This document shows, in pieces, positions 17,286 through 26,901 of a stretch of DNA of 48,893 bases. This DNA is from Terrimicrobiaceae bacterium. Lineage in GTDB: Bacteria; Verrucomicrobiota; Verrucomicrobiia; Chthoniobacterales; Terrimicrobiaceae. The position numbers and the translations under genes are program-made. The first letter of the stretch is position 1. Each line of letters starts with the position of its first letter. The notes below the pieces were generated by a model, which saw only the letters and a program-made list of their open reading frames with translations, did no database searches and was not told the DNA's origin. The DNA is taken from positions 1 to 48,893 of the forward strand of contig JBIIPZ010000023.1 in the NCBI GenBank assembly GCA_044342325.1, in the 5' to 3' direction.

Positions 17286-17420
17286 CGGACTTGGAAGCCT
17301 TGTAGACGCATTACAACGAAATCAGCCGCTTCGCGCAATGCGTATATTGCGTGGTGAGGCAGATGGGTTCTGCATCGTAGGGGTTACTCCCCATACCGCA
17401 GGACAGGGGCGGCTTTTAAG

Positions 17421-19721
17421 GTGCGCGTCGTGAAAACTTCGAACCTTTCCAAAAAGTCATTCCACTCAGCAATCCTGCCCGCGCTCCTTGCCGCAGGACT
17501 CGGATTATCCGCCCTTCAGGCTGCTTCAGGCGAAAAAACTCCCGCAACCAAGTCCTTTGAAGTTCCTCTTTTCTCAGGAACTCAGAGCCGCCTCGAGGGG
17601 GTGCTCTCCAAAAAAGAATACGCCTTCAAGCTTCCCGAGCATGTCAACTTGGAGCCGGGCAGTGAACTCATGCTGGTCTGGCATGCCTCGCCGCTTTTGT
17701 TGCCGGATGTCTCGACCATGAGTGTTCAGTTGAACGACCGTGAGGTCACAAGCGTCCGCCTCGGGACCAAAAAAGACACTCCTGATGCCCAAGATCGCGG
17801 CAAAATTTCGGTTCCGCTCGCCCCGGATATGCTGCAACCAGGCTGGAATCGCGTGATCGTGAGTTGCCTCCTGCAGACAACTTTCTCTCCCTGCCGGGAT
17901 GTGGACAACCCTGCGTCATGGGTTGAACTGGGCACGGGCAGCGGCGTGCGAGTGGCTTGCGCTGTCGCGCCCCTCTTTCCCGAGTTGCAGCGATTTCCGG
18001 AATCCCTCGTCGAACCCGCTCTGATGAATCTTGCGGAGTTCCGCCGCAAGGCATCCAAGGACCGTCCCGAGCCCGTTGTCTCGATGCTCGTGCCGTCCGA
18101 TGCTGGTGAGGCGGAACTCCGTTCCCTGCTGATTGCGTCGGCTCGAATGGGTCAGACAATCTACACCGAGCCGAATGCCGTTCAGGTAAAGGATGTCGAT
18201 TCCTTCCCAGCCGAGTCAATCGCCAGAAGCGGTCTCTTGATCGCGCTTCGCTCCAACCTCTCAAAGACTCCACTTCCACCGGAAATTCAAAAAGCCATCA
18301 CATCACTTGGCGAGGGCGAAGGCCTGCTGGCGGAGATCATCACAGGTCCGTCAGACGCACAGCGGCGTTGGATTATTGTCAGCGGAGCGGATTCCGATGG
18401 TCTCGAAAAAGCCGCACAGACCCTCGGCAGCGAGATCGCTCTCCGCAATGTGCCGGCAAATCCTTGGGTCATCAATGCGGCACCTGCCATTTCACCCATC
18501 ACGGAGAAGTTGGCGCAGCCTCCCGCCGGCCCAGTGGCTTTCGATACCCTGCGCGACGGCGCTGTGACCTTGCGTGGACTTTTTCGCAATCAAACCTCGA
18601 GGGACATTAATTTTCCTCCGGGCTATCAGACGACTCCTGGTGGCTATATGGAAATCGACCTCGCCCACTGCGGCGCGCTTGAAAAAACTTCGGCACTGGA
18701 GGTGCGTTTGAATGATGTCGTAGTCGGCAGCATCGCTCTCACTCCGCAAAATGCCGTAGGCACCCGCCAGCGTCTTCTCATTCCTGCCGGTATCACGGGC
18801 CGCGATCCCTCGAAGCTCTCCGTATCGAGCTATCTTGATATCGGGACTGTCGATTGCGCCCATCGCAATGACGAGCGTGCCTGGCTGGACTTGGGTGGGA
18901 ATTCGACGGTGGATTTTCATGCCGCTCCAGTCTCGATCAATGATCTCAGCCGTCTTGGACTTCTCTGTCTTCGGGATGCGTTTTTAAGGCGCGCGGCGAT
19001 TCTTGTCCCGGCTGAGAGCAGCCCAGAGCGCAACGAACTCCTTAAAACCATTGGCATGCACCTTGGTCGCCAGCTTGCCGATATGCCGGTGCTCTGGCCT
19101 CAGGTCGCAACCTACGGCCCCGGACTCCCTCCCGACCCGGCTCGTCTCAACGGGCGCTCGGGATTGATCTTGGGTTCCGCATTCCAGTGGCCTCTGGCTT
19201 TCGGCAAAAATCTCCACCTTGCGATCGAAGGCGCTGAATCCCCAGCCAGCTCGATCATGCTGCGGGGCGAGGCCATCCCCGTCGTGGACTTCGATTCATC
19301 CCTCAGTTTTGTGCAACTTCTGCCATCTCCTTGGTCGAAGGGGGAAATCTTCGCCACAATCGGTGGAGTGAGCGGATACGGCGGAAAAACGACGCTGGAT
19401 CTTCTCACAGACCCCAGTGTCTCCGAACGCCTCAGCGGCACAGTGGCAGCGGCCGACGCCAGCGGTCGTGTTATCACCTATGATGTGCGATTCATGCAGG
19501 AAGTCTCGCTATCGAATCACATCCGCCTGGGCTTCGCCTCGGGCACGACGGCGGCTGATATCGAGGACCAGCGTATGGACAAGACTGAGGCCGGGTTCAT
19601 GACCCAGAGTGTGAACTACTGGATCGCTGGGGCATCGTTCGCCGTCATGGCGGGGATTTACATCATCCAGCGCATACTGATTCGCCGCCGCAAAAACCAA
19701 GGGAACGGAGACGATCTGTGA
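17421..19721 (+). CDS. BcsB-like periplasmic polysaccharide co-polymerase / scaffold
   Basis: Signal peptide; two repeated jelly-roll plus alpha/beta modules (SPLLLPDVSTMSVQLND; SALEVRLNDVVVGSI; CRDVDNPASWVEL; LQRFPE; LPSPWS); single C-terminal TM with basic tail. This is the BcsB architecture. Start uncertain. Confidence 0.7.
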   Translation: MRVVKTSNLSKKSFHSAILPALLAAGLGLSALQAASGEKTPATKSFEVPLFSGTQSRLEGVLSKKEYAFKLPEHVNLEPGSELMLVWHASPLLLPDVSTMSVQLNDREVTSVRLGTKKDTPDAQDRGKISVPLAPDMLQPGWNRVIVSCLLQTTFSPCRDVDNPASWVELGTGSGVRVACAVAPLFPELQRFPESLVEPALMNLAEFRRKASKDRPEPVVSMLVPSDAGEAELRSLLIASARMGQTIYTEPNAVQVKDVDSFPAESIARSGLLIALRSNLSKTPLPPEIQKAITSLGEGEGLLAEIITGPSDAQRRWIIVSGADSDGLEKAAQTLGSEIALRNVPANPWVINAAPAISPITEKLAQPPAGPVAFDTLRDGAVTLRGLFRNQTSRDINFPPGYQTTPGGYMEIDLAHCGALEKTSALEVRLNDVVVGSIALTPQNAVGTRQRLLIPAGITGRDPSKLSVSSYLDIGTVDCAHRNDERAWLDLGGNSTVDFHAAPVSINDLSRLGLLCLRDAFLRRAAILVPAESSPERNELLKTIGMHLGRQLADMPVLWPQVATYGPGLPPDPARLNGRSGLILGSAFQWPLAFGKNLHLAIEGAESPASSIMLRGEAIPVVDFDSSLSFVQLLPSPWSKGEIFATIGGVSGYGGKTTLDLLTDPSVSERLSGTVAAADASGRVITYDVRFMQEVSLSNHIRLGFASGTTAADIEDQRMDKTEAGFMTQSVNYWIAGASFAVMAGIYIIQRILIRRRKNQGNGDDL

Positions 19722-20947
19722 AAAATATTCTCTCTTTGGCCGCGATAGCGCTTGTTTTTGCAGGAACACAGGCAGATGCGGCATCCAACACGCTGTTGAT
19801 CTACGACACGCTCTCGAAGCCATTCTCACTCGTGAACGAAATCGCTCCGATTCAAATGAGCCTCACCCACTTTGACACGCATGTGGACACGCTCACCGAC
19901 ACGAAGGTGACGGCAGCGGATTTGGAAAAAGCCAACTTCATTGTGCTGGCGGGAATTTCCGGCTTTCCGAAGCTGAAGCCGGATTTGCTGGCCATGCTCG
20001 AGCGGTCGCCAAAGCCTGTCATGGCGGTCGCAGCAGCGGCCTCCTTTGCCTCGGAAAAGCCGTTGGCATCGTCCAAGGTCTCCGCCCCGCTTGAAAAAAC
20101 GAAGGTGTCGTATCGCGGTCAGGAGTGGACGCTCAGACTCGATCCCTTCTACGGGGAATCCTATGCCGGTGCCCGCCCGCTTGCCGGAACATCCTCAAAG
20201 GGTGCTCAACCACTGGCTTGGCGGTTTGGCAACCGCTTTGGCTTCGGCGCGTTGCCGTCCGAGCCACCTCTTTCCATGGTGTTCTCGGATGTCCTTCTCG
20301 ACTTTTATGGGGGAAGCCAGGAAGCCCCTCCTGCAATGGTTTTTGTGATTCAGGATTACAATCCGTCCTGCAACCCTGCGGCCCTGCGGCGGGCAGTGGA
20401 TTATTTCGAGCATCAGAAAACGCCCTTTGTCGTGACGACTCAGATGAAGGAGGTCCCTCCAGGGGTGGAAATCACACCTCGCGAAGAATTTCTCGATGCT
20501 CTCCGCTACGCCCAGGCCCACGGCGGGCGTATCTTTTTGCACGGAGGCAATGGCCCTGAGCGCACAGAGGTTTTTCGCAAAGAGGGCATCCGAATTGAGG
20601 GCGCCGAGGATACTCCGTCAGCCTCCGCAGGAATCGAGGTCGGAAGTGCATTTGTGCAGCGGATTCCAAGTGAACCGCCCGTTCCTTTTGCCAGCGCGGT
20701 GCCGCTGCGGTTGGAGGGCGGAGGGGTGCTTATTCCCGCAAATGTCCATGCCGGGATGGATGGTTCCGCAAATGTGGAACTCAAGAAATCCATCCGCGAC
20801 ATATCCAGCTTTCGAGGGGGACTTGCCGTAGTCGTCGTTCCAGCCTGGATGAGATTCCAAGACATGCTTGCCGCTTTGGAGGCGGCACGATCCAGCGCTC
20901 TTCCAGTTATCGATCCCGTAACCCGTTTTTCCGTTCCAAAAAGTTAA
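19718..20947 (+). CDS. Secreted DUF2334 / polysaccharide-deacetylase-like protein (degenerate)
   Basis: Signal peptide; IQDYNP..LRRAVDYF..PFVV..FLDALRYAQAHGGRIFLHG resembles the DUF2334 core. Confidence 0.55.
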   Translation: MKNILSLAAIALVFAGTQADAASNTLLIYDTLSKPFSLVNEIAPIQMSLTHFDTHVDTLTDTKVTAADLEKANFIVLAGISGFPKLKPDLLAMLERSPKPVMAVAAAASFASEKPLASSKVSAPLEKTKVSYRGQEWTLRLDPFYGESYAGARPLAGTSSKGAQPLAWRFGNRFGFGALPSEPPLSMVFSDVLLDFYGGSQEAPPAMVFVIQDYNPSCNPAALRRAVDYFEHQKTPFVVTTQMKEVPPGVEITPREEFLDALRYAQAHGGRIFLHGGNGPERTEVFRKEGIRIEGAEDTPSASAGIEVGSAFVQRIPSEPPVPFASAVPLRLEGGGVLIPANVHAGMDGSANVELKKSIRDISSFRGGLAVVVVPAWMRFQDMLAALEAARSSALPVIDPVTRFSVPKS

Positions 20948-20954
20948 GAATTCC

Positions 20955-22574
20955 ATGAAACCATTTTATTTTTCATTGGCCCTGCTCGCCTCAACTGCCT
21001 TGTTGCAGGCGCAGACCCCCGATCCTGTCGCCGAGGCCGCGACGCTTTCGAATCAAGGGCGTCATGCCGAAGCTTCCGCTATCCTTCAGAAGGCCACGGA
21101 CTCAAACCCCGGCGACGAGGGGCTTCGATTCCGCCTGGCTACGGCACTGGTCTTCGACAGGCGCAATGCCGAAGCCCGCGCGATTTTTAGTGAATTGGCA
21201 AAATCTTGGAACGCCGACATCGCTTCGATGGCGGCATCAAGCCTTCGCGCACTTGATCGCGCCGAGGCGATCGAAAAGGCCGCTCAGGCCCAGCCTCCCT
21301 CGCCTGAAACACTCCGTCGTGAAGCGGAATACCGTGCACGCCAAGCCCGTCTTGATCGCCAACAGGCGGCATATGACCTCATCAAGGCCCAACGCGACGA
21401 GGAAGCAGTGCGGGCGATTGATGACTTGGAGCGGAATGGCGAGGTGACGCCGGAGTTGATCATTGAAAAATCCGCCGCTTTGCAACGAATGGGGGACACC
21501 CTTGCAGCCATCGTGGTGCTGCGCGATGTGGCGGCAGGTGACAATCCCGACCCCCGCGCCCGCCTTCTATTGGCCGCCTTGCTGGCAGAGCAGGGACGCC
21601 GCGCTGAAGCCTTTGAAATCTGGCGCGACCTCCGCGATCAAGGCGGCGACGCGACGCTGAGTCGCATGGCTGCAGCCGAGATCGAAGCTCTTGCCCCATC
21701 CTACAATCTGGAGCGTTGGGCATGGGGAGAGCTGGACCTCTATGGCACTTATCTCTCCCGCTACAACATCGGCGTTTCCTCAGGGCGTCTCCGCGAGGGA
21801 ACATTCATTCCCGGTGCACGATGGATCGAGCCGTTCGTCCAAGCCGACTTCAGCCTCGACTCCTCAAACACGAGCAACGGGCAAGGGCCAGGGCAGGGGA
21901 TTCCGACGATCTACAACGAAAACCTGGCTGGTTTTCATGCCGGAGCGCGCATTCGCCCTTTCGCCAACCAATCGTTCGTCCTCTATGTCCTCGGTGGCAT
22001 TCAGAAGGATCTGCGCGGCACGGAGGAGCACGGCGGCGAATGGTTCGCCGAGATCATTGCTGGTCTCAATGGCTACTGGGCCTGGGGGCCGGGCAAGGAA
22101 TGGACATACATCGATCTTGAAGGAGTTTCACCCGGTGGGCTCGCTACACTTCCCTCTAATAGCCAAGCATCCCGCTGGGCTCTCAACAACTGGTCCCCGG
22201 TTCAATTCCGGCTCGACTGGTTCGTTGAGGCCGGCGGTGATGCGGCCTATTACAGCCGCCTGCCGGACTGTCTGGCCTATGGGCAGTCGCGCCAAGGTGC
22301 CCGCATCATGCAATTCGGTAAGGCTGCCGCAGTGGACATCTACGGACTCGAAAACCTCACGATGGATACGAAGGGCAACTACTATGACAACTACTTCGAG
22401 GCCGGTCCGGGAATGCGCTTCGTCACGGCACCTGTGGGCGCCGCCGTTCTGACAACCAGCATCGACTATGTTTTCGGTTCCTACCTCGGACGCAACAGCA
22501 ACAACACACGCGGCGACACGGCTGCGAACTACTCGGATTTCCGTCTCACCCTCGCACTCTCCCTCCGCTGGTAA
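20955..22574 (+). CDS. TPR plus outer-membrane beta-barrel export protein (NfrA/BcsC analogue)
   Basis: Signal peptide, Ala/Leu-rich TPR-like helices, then an aromatic/Gly-rich beta region ending FRLTLALSLRW (terminal aromatic typical of BAM substrates). Confidence 0.65.
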   Translation: MKPFYFSLALLASTALLQAQTPDPVAEAATLSNQGRHAEASAILQKATDSNPGDEGLRFRLATALVFDRRNAEARAIFSELAKSWNADIASMAASSLRALDRAEAIEKAAQAQPPSPETLRREAEYRARQARLDRQQAAYDLIKAQRDEEAVRAIDDLERNGEVTPELIIEKSAALQRMGDTLAAIVVLRDVAAGDNPDPRARLLLAALLAEQGRRAEAFEIWRDLRDQGGDATLSRMAAAEIEALAPSYNLERWAWGELDLYGTYLSRYNIGVSSGRLREGTFIPGARWIEPFVQADFSLDSSNTSNGQGPGQGIPTIYNENLAGFHAGARIRPFANQSFVLYVLGGIQKDLRGTEEHGGEWFAEIIAGLNGYWAWGPGKEWTYIDLEGVSPGGLATLPSNSQASRWALNNWSPVQFRLDWFVEAGGDAAYYSRLPDCLAYGQSRQGARIMQFGKAAAVDIYGLENLTMDTKGNYYDNYFEAGPGMRFVTAPVGAAVLTTSIDYVFGSYLGRNSNNTRGDTAANYSDFRLTLALSLRW

Positions 22575-22579
22575 TTCCT

Positions 22580-25249
22580 ATGGACACTCTTCACACACTA
22601 TTTGTCGTTCTCGCCTATATCTCAGCCGTCGGATTCCTCGTTTTTGGGATCGATGATGTCTTCTTTGATATGCAATTCCTGCGCTACCTGCGCGGCCACC
22701 GTAAAGCCCGACCGGTCTCACTCGAAAAGCTCAAAAACGAACCTGAAAAGCTTATCGCCATCTTCATCCCTGCATGGATGGAGGGCGGAATCATCAACCG
22801 CATGGCCGACTATGCGAGGAAAATTCTCATCTACGAACGCTACGATATCTTTATCGGAGTTTACCCCAATGACGATGAGACGAATCGCTGCGTGGATGAA
22901 CTTGTTCGCCTCTCGCCCCGTATCCACAAGGCGGTAACTCGTCGCCCCGGTCCCACATCCAAGGCCGATTGCCTCAATGCCATTTTTGAGGTGATGAAAG
23001 CACGGGAGATACCTGGCCGTCGGCACTACGAAATCATTGCTCTTCACGATGCGGAGGATGTCATGCACCCGCTCACGTTGAAGGTTTACAACCACTATGT
23101 GCCCGCACTCCTCGATATGGGCCAGATTCCTGTTTTCCCGCTGGAACTCAATCCCTGGCGTTACTGGGTAGGTAATTCCTACATCGATGAGTTCGCCGAG
23201 TGGCATGTGAAGGACATGTATTCCCGCGAGGCGATTGGCGGTGTGGTGCCATCCGCCGGTGTCGGCACGGCATTCTCCCGCAAGTCGCTCGATTTTTTAG
23301 CCTCAAAAAATGCCTCAGGACCATTCCGTGAGGGCCATCTCGCAGAGGACTACATGGTCGGTCTGGAACTCTGCCGCGCCGGATTTCGCGCTGGCTTCAT
23401 CGACCATCCGGTGGAGCGCGAAATCGTGACGCGAAATGCCCAAGGTGATGTCGTCTCGACGCGCACAGTCACCGAGAGCGTCGCCGTTCGTGAAAATTTC
23501 CCGCTGCGATTCATCGATGCCGTGAAACAAAAAGCCCGTTGGATTGTCGGCACAGCCTTCCAGGGATGGCAGCACGGCGGTTGGTGGGGATCTCCCGCTG
23601 TCCGCTACACGCTATTTCGCGACCGCCGCGCGCCGGCAGTGCATTGCATCAATGCCGCTGGCTACTGCGTGATGGGCTATGTGCTTTTTGAATTTGCCGT
23701 GCTCCACACGGACTTCCGAAATTGGATTTATGTGAAGCCGCTCTTCGAAGCCGATAGCTTGCTCTGGCGGATCGTTCTCGTCTGCACCGCGCTCCTTGTT
23801 TACAGGGTCGCCCAGAAAGTTACCTGCGTGTCTAATGTCTATGGTCTTCGCCAGGGTCTTTTTGCGATTCCTCGCTATCCGGTGGTGAATTTCATCAACA
23901 TGGGGGCGACTTTCCGCGCGGCTTGGCTCTACACGCTCCACCGCCTTTTCAATACGCCGCTCGCATGGACTAAAACGAACCATGTTTTTCCAGGGGCGGC
24001 GGAACTCGAGGAATACTCGAGAACTGTCGAGGATTTGCTTGTGGACGAGGGTTATGTGTCCCGTCCCGAGTTGCAGGATATCCTCAGCAAACACAGAGGC
24101 CTCTCCGCCCCCCGGGCCCTGCTCGATATGCAACTCATCGACGAGGATCAGTTTCTCGACATCTGGGCCCGCTTCTCGCGGCTCAAGCCTGAGATTATTA
24201 CTCCAGAAGATATCTCGCCGGATTCCCTTGATGGATGGTCCGAGGCCCAAGCTGTGCAATACCATGCCATGCCTTCCACGACAGGCGGTGATGGTGCCCT
24301 AGCATTTGCTTTCACCGAACCGCCCTCCAAGGAGGAAATCCAAGCTGTCGCTGAAATCGCCGGTGCCCCCATCGAGGCCAGGCTACTCCGGCCTTCGAAC
24401 CTCTCTGCGCTGCGAAACATGATCTACCCAGCACGGATTCTGGATGGTCAACCGCGCCATCCGCTGAGAGATGATTTCGAGGCGCTCTCCGAGAAGGATC
24501 GTCATCGCGTCCGTCAATTTCAGATGACCCGTGCCCGCACAATGGCGGATGCCATGGTCAGCCTGCGATTGATCTCGACCGAAAAAGTCCGCCGTCTAGT
24601 GGCAGCCGATCTCGGAGTTGCCGAGGCCGATTTCTCGCGTCTCACCATCAGTGTCTCACTCATCAAAGCTCTTGGGGCGGTATTCTGTGAACTGCACGGG
24701 CTCATTCCTCTCAGTGACGGGAAAATTGGCATCCTCAATCCGATCCATCCCAATGTGGGCACCCGTATCAACGAGATTCTCGGCTCCGATGTCTCCTTCT
24801 GCGCAGATGCCCCTCCGGCCTTTGCAAAGCTTCATCACGACCTTGCCGCTCTCCGTTTCGGCGAGGACGCCCTCATCGAATACTTCGTCGATGCGGGCGA
24901 ACTCACACGAGACCACGCCGTAAGAATCCGCGATATGCGGCGACTCATTTCCGGTCCGGTGGATCGCCTGCTCATTCAACTAGGTCTCGTCAAACAGCCC
25001 AAGGTCCTCAAGGCGCTCCGCCAAATCTCAGGCCTTGCCATGGCAAATGGGTCCGAAAAACCTGTCGGCCTCGAGGCCGAGGAACTTCTATGCCCGGGCT
25101 TCAGCGAGCGCACCGGTGTGGCCGTTCACCAGATTCGCGACTCCGGAATCATCTTCCGCATCAGCGGCCTTCTCTCGGAACCCGACCTGCATGAAATCAC
25201 CGAGCGCTGCGCAGGAATGCCACTGGAATTTCAACTCTCATCTGTATGA
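22580..25249 (+). CDS. nfrB: NfrB-like GT2 glycosyltransferase with C-terminal MshEN/GSPII-N-like repeats
   Basis: IPAWMEG, IFIGVYPND, GPTSKADCLN, LHDAED, VPSAGVGTAFSR, LAEDY, QKARW (QxxRW), RDRR, NFINMGA, WTKTNHVFP all match NfrB-family motifs. Confidence 0.85.
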   Translation: MDTLHTLFVVLAYISAVGFLVFGIDDVFFDMQFLRYLRGHRKARPVSLEKLKNEPEKLIAIFIPAWMEGGIINRMADYARKILIYERYDIFIGVYPNDDETNRCVDELVRLSPRIHKAVTRRPGPTSKADCLNAIFEVMKAREIPGRRHYEIIALHDAEDVMHPLTLKVYNHYVPALLDMGQIPVFPLELNPWRYWVGNSYIDEFAEWHVKDMYSREAIGGVVPSAGVGTAFSRKSLDFLASKNASGPFREGHLAEDYMVGLELCRAGFRAGFIDHPVEREIVTRNAQGDVVSTRTVTESVAVRENFPLRFIDAVKQKARWIVGTAFQGWQHGGWWGSPAVRYTLFRDRRAPAVHCINAAGYCVMGYVLFEFAVLHTDFRNWIYVKPLFEADSLLWRIVLVCTALLVYRVAQKVTCVSNVYGLRQGLFAIPRYPVVNFINMGATFRAAWLYTLHRLFNTPLAWTKTNHVFPGAAELEEYSRTVEDLLVDEGYVSRPELQDILSKHRGLSAPRALLDMQLIDEDQFLDIWARFSRLKPEIITPEDISPDSLDGWSEAQAVQYHAMPSTTGGDGALAFAFTEPPSKEEIQAVAEIAGAPIEARLLRPSNLSALRNMIYPARILDGQPRHPLRDDFEALSEKDRHRVRQFQMTRARTMADAMVSLRLISTEKVRRLVAADLGVAEADFSRLTISVSLIKALGAVFCELHGLIPLSDGKIGILNPIHPNVGTRINEILGSDVSFCADAPPAFAKLHHDLAALRFGEDALIEYFVDAGELTRDHAVRIRDMRRLISGPVDRLLIQLGLVKQPKVLKALRQISGLAMANGSEKPVGLEAEELLCPGFSERTGVAVHQIRDSGIIFRISGLLSEPDLHEITERCAGMPLEFQLSSV

Positions 25250-26427
25250 ACTCTCTTTCATCTAAAAAAACTGTCGCGGTCATCGTTGGCACGCGTCCTG
25301 AGGCCATCAAGTTGGCTCCTGTGATTCGTAGCCTGCAGGCATCCAAGTCACTTCAGCCACTCACGATCTCCACATCTCAACACGCTGAAATGACAGCCCA
25401 GATTTTCAGCAGCTTTGGCATCACTCCCGACCTCGACCTCCGCGTCATGCGTCCCCGCCAAAGTCTCTGGGATCTCACCGCCTTGCTCAGCACCAGTCTC
25501 GGAGAGATGTTCAATGGAAACCGCATCGACGCCGTCGTTGTCCAAGGTGACACCACGAGCGCCTTTGTCGGGGGGCTTTGTGCATTTTATCACAAAATTC
25601 CCGTGGCACATGTGGAGGCGGGGTTGCGCTCGCACGACCGTTACTCTCCCTTCCCCGAGGAACTCAACCGCACCATGCTCAGTCGCCTTGCGAGCTGGCA
25701 CTTCGCCCCCACCGAGTTTTCCGCTTCGCTTTTGCGCGCCGAAAACATCCCGGAGGAATCTATTTTTGTTTCTGGAAACACCGTGGTGGATGCCTTGCAG
25801 TGGATGATTAGCCATTCCACCGCCTCGCACCTTCCTGCCGGTGTGCCGGAGAATTCACAACAACTGATCTTGGTGACTTGCCACCGCCGCGAAAATATCG
25901 GTGCGCCAATGCGCTCAGTGGCCCTTGCCATCAAGCACCTCTCGGAAATGCACCCCGAGATTCACTTTCTCTTCCCCATGCATCCGAATCCCTCCGTGCG
26001 GGAAAATGTGACTTCCGTCCTCTCCGGCCAGCGTGGAATCTCGCTCTGCGAACCACTCAATCACGATGAGTTCCTCTCCGCGCTCAGGCAGTCGCGATTC
26101 GTCCTCTCCGATTCCGGCGGGGTGCAGGAGGAGGCCACTGCCCTCGGCAAGCCAGTTCTCGTCTTGCGACGCGAGACCGAGCGCCCCGAAGGCGTAACAG
26201 CCGGCACACTCCGACTCATCGGCACGGAGGTGCAGGACATCATTCAAGAAACTGAAACCCTCCTCACCGATCCCGCCGCCTACGAGTCCATGACGAAAGG
26301 TTCCAATGTCTTTGGTGATGGCCATGCCGCCGAACACATCACCCGCATCCTTGAAGAAAAACTCGCGCCCTCTGCGCCAAGCCGTGACCCGGTCGCGAGA
26401 ATCGCTGCCTTTGATTTAATGCACTAA
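25246..26427 (+). CDS. wecB: UDP-N-acetylglucosamine 2-epimerase (non-hydrolysing)
   Basis: GTRPEAIKLAP, QGDTTS, HVEAGLRS, PFPEE.NR, GNTVVDAL, HRREN, SDSGGVQEEA, TERPEG, FGDG. Confidence 0.96.
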   Translation: MNSLSSKKTVAVIVGTRPEAIKLAPVIRSLQASKSLQPLTISTSQHAEMTAQIFSSFGITPDLDLRVMRPRQSLWDLTALLSTSLGEMFNGNRIDAVVVQGDTTSAFVGGLCAFYHKIPVAHVEAGLRSHDRYSPFPEELNRTMLSRLASWHFAPTEFSASLLRAENIPEESIFVSGNTVVDALQWMISHSTASHLPAGVPENSQQLILVTCHRRENIGAPMRSVALAIKHLSEMHPEIHFLFPMHPNPSVRENVTSVLSGQRGISLCEPLNHDEFLSALRQSRFVLSDSGGVQEEATALGKPVLVLRRETERPEGVTAGTLRLIGTEVQDIIQETETLLTDPAAYESMTKGSNVFGDGHAAEHITRILEEKLAPSAPSRDPVARIAAFDLMH

Positions 26428-26440
26428 CTCCACCCCAGCC

Positions 26441-26842
26441 ATGACCACCGCCGCACTTCCTCCTATACTTTTGATTGATGACGACCCCCTCGTGCTTGAA
26501 ACACTCAAGGACCTTTGCGAAAGCATGGACTGCCGACGTCAGGTCCACCACCTCGACACCGCCAACGCCTTTGAGGCCGCAGCCGACCCCGAGATCGGGC
26601 TCATCGTCTGTGACTACCGCTTCCCCTACACCAGCGGAGTCACCTTCATCGAACAAGTCCGCCGCCGGGGCATCGAAACCCCCGTTCTCTTCATCTCCGG
26701 CGCGCCGGACAGTGATGCCGTCATGAAAGCATCCCTCCTACCCCGCACCGCTTTCCTCTCAAAGCCCTTCACCATCCAAAGATTCCGCGACGCCATCACC
26801 TCGCTCCTCTACGCCCCTGTCTTGGGGACAAGCACAATTTAG
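26441..26842 (+). CDS. Stand-alone response regulator receiver domain
   Basis: LLIDDD, phospho-acceptor in IVCDYRFP, FISG, LSKPF. No output domain. Confidence 0.9.
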   Translation: MTTAALPPILLIDDDPLVLETLKDLCESMDCRRQVHHLDTANAFEAAADPEIGLIVCDYRFPYTSGVTFIEQVRRRGIETPVLFISGAPDSDAVMKASLLPRTAFLSKPFTIQRFRDAITSLLYAPVLGTSTI

Positions 26843-26901
26843 CTGACTCTCCAAGGCATTCGGAGGGTGACATGGATGGAGATGCGACTAGGTTGCCCCA
26901 C

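Noticed and set aside
17421..26427. Cellulose synthase (bcs) operon
   Set aside because: The synthase has NfrB motifs and no PilZ domain, no bcsZ is present, and WecB points to a ManNAc-type precursor.
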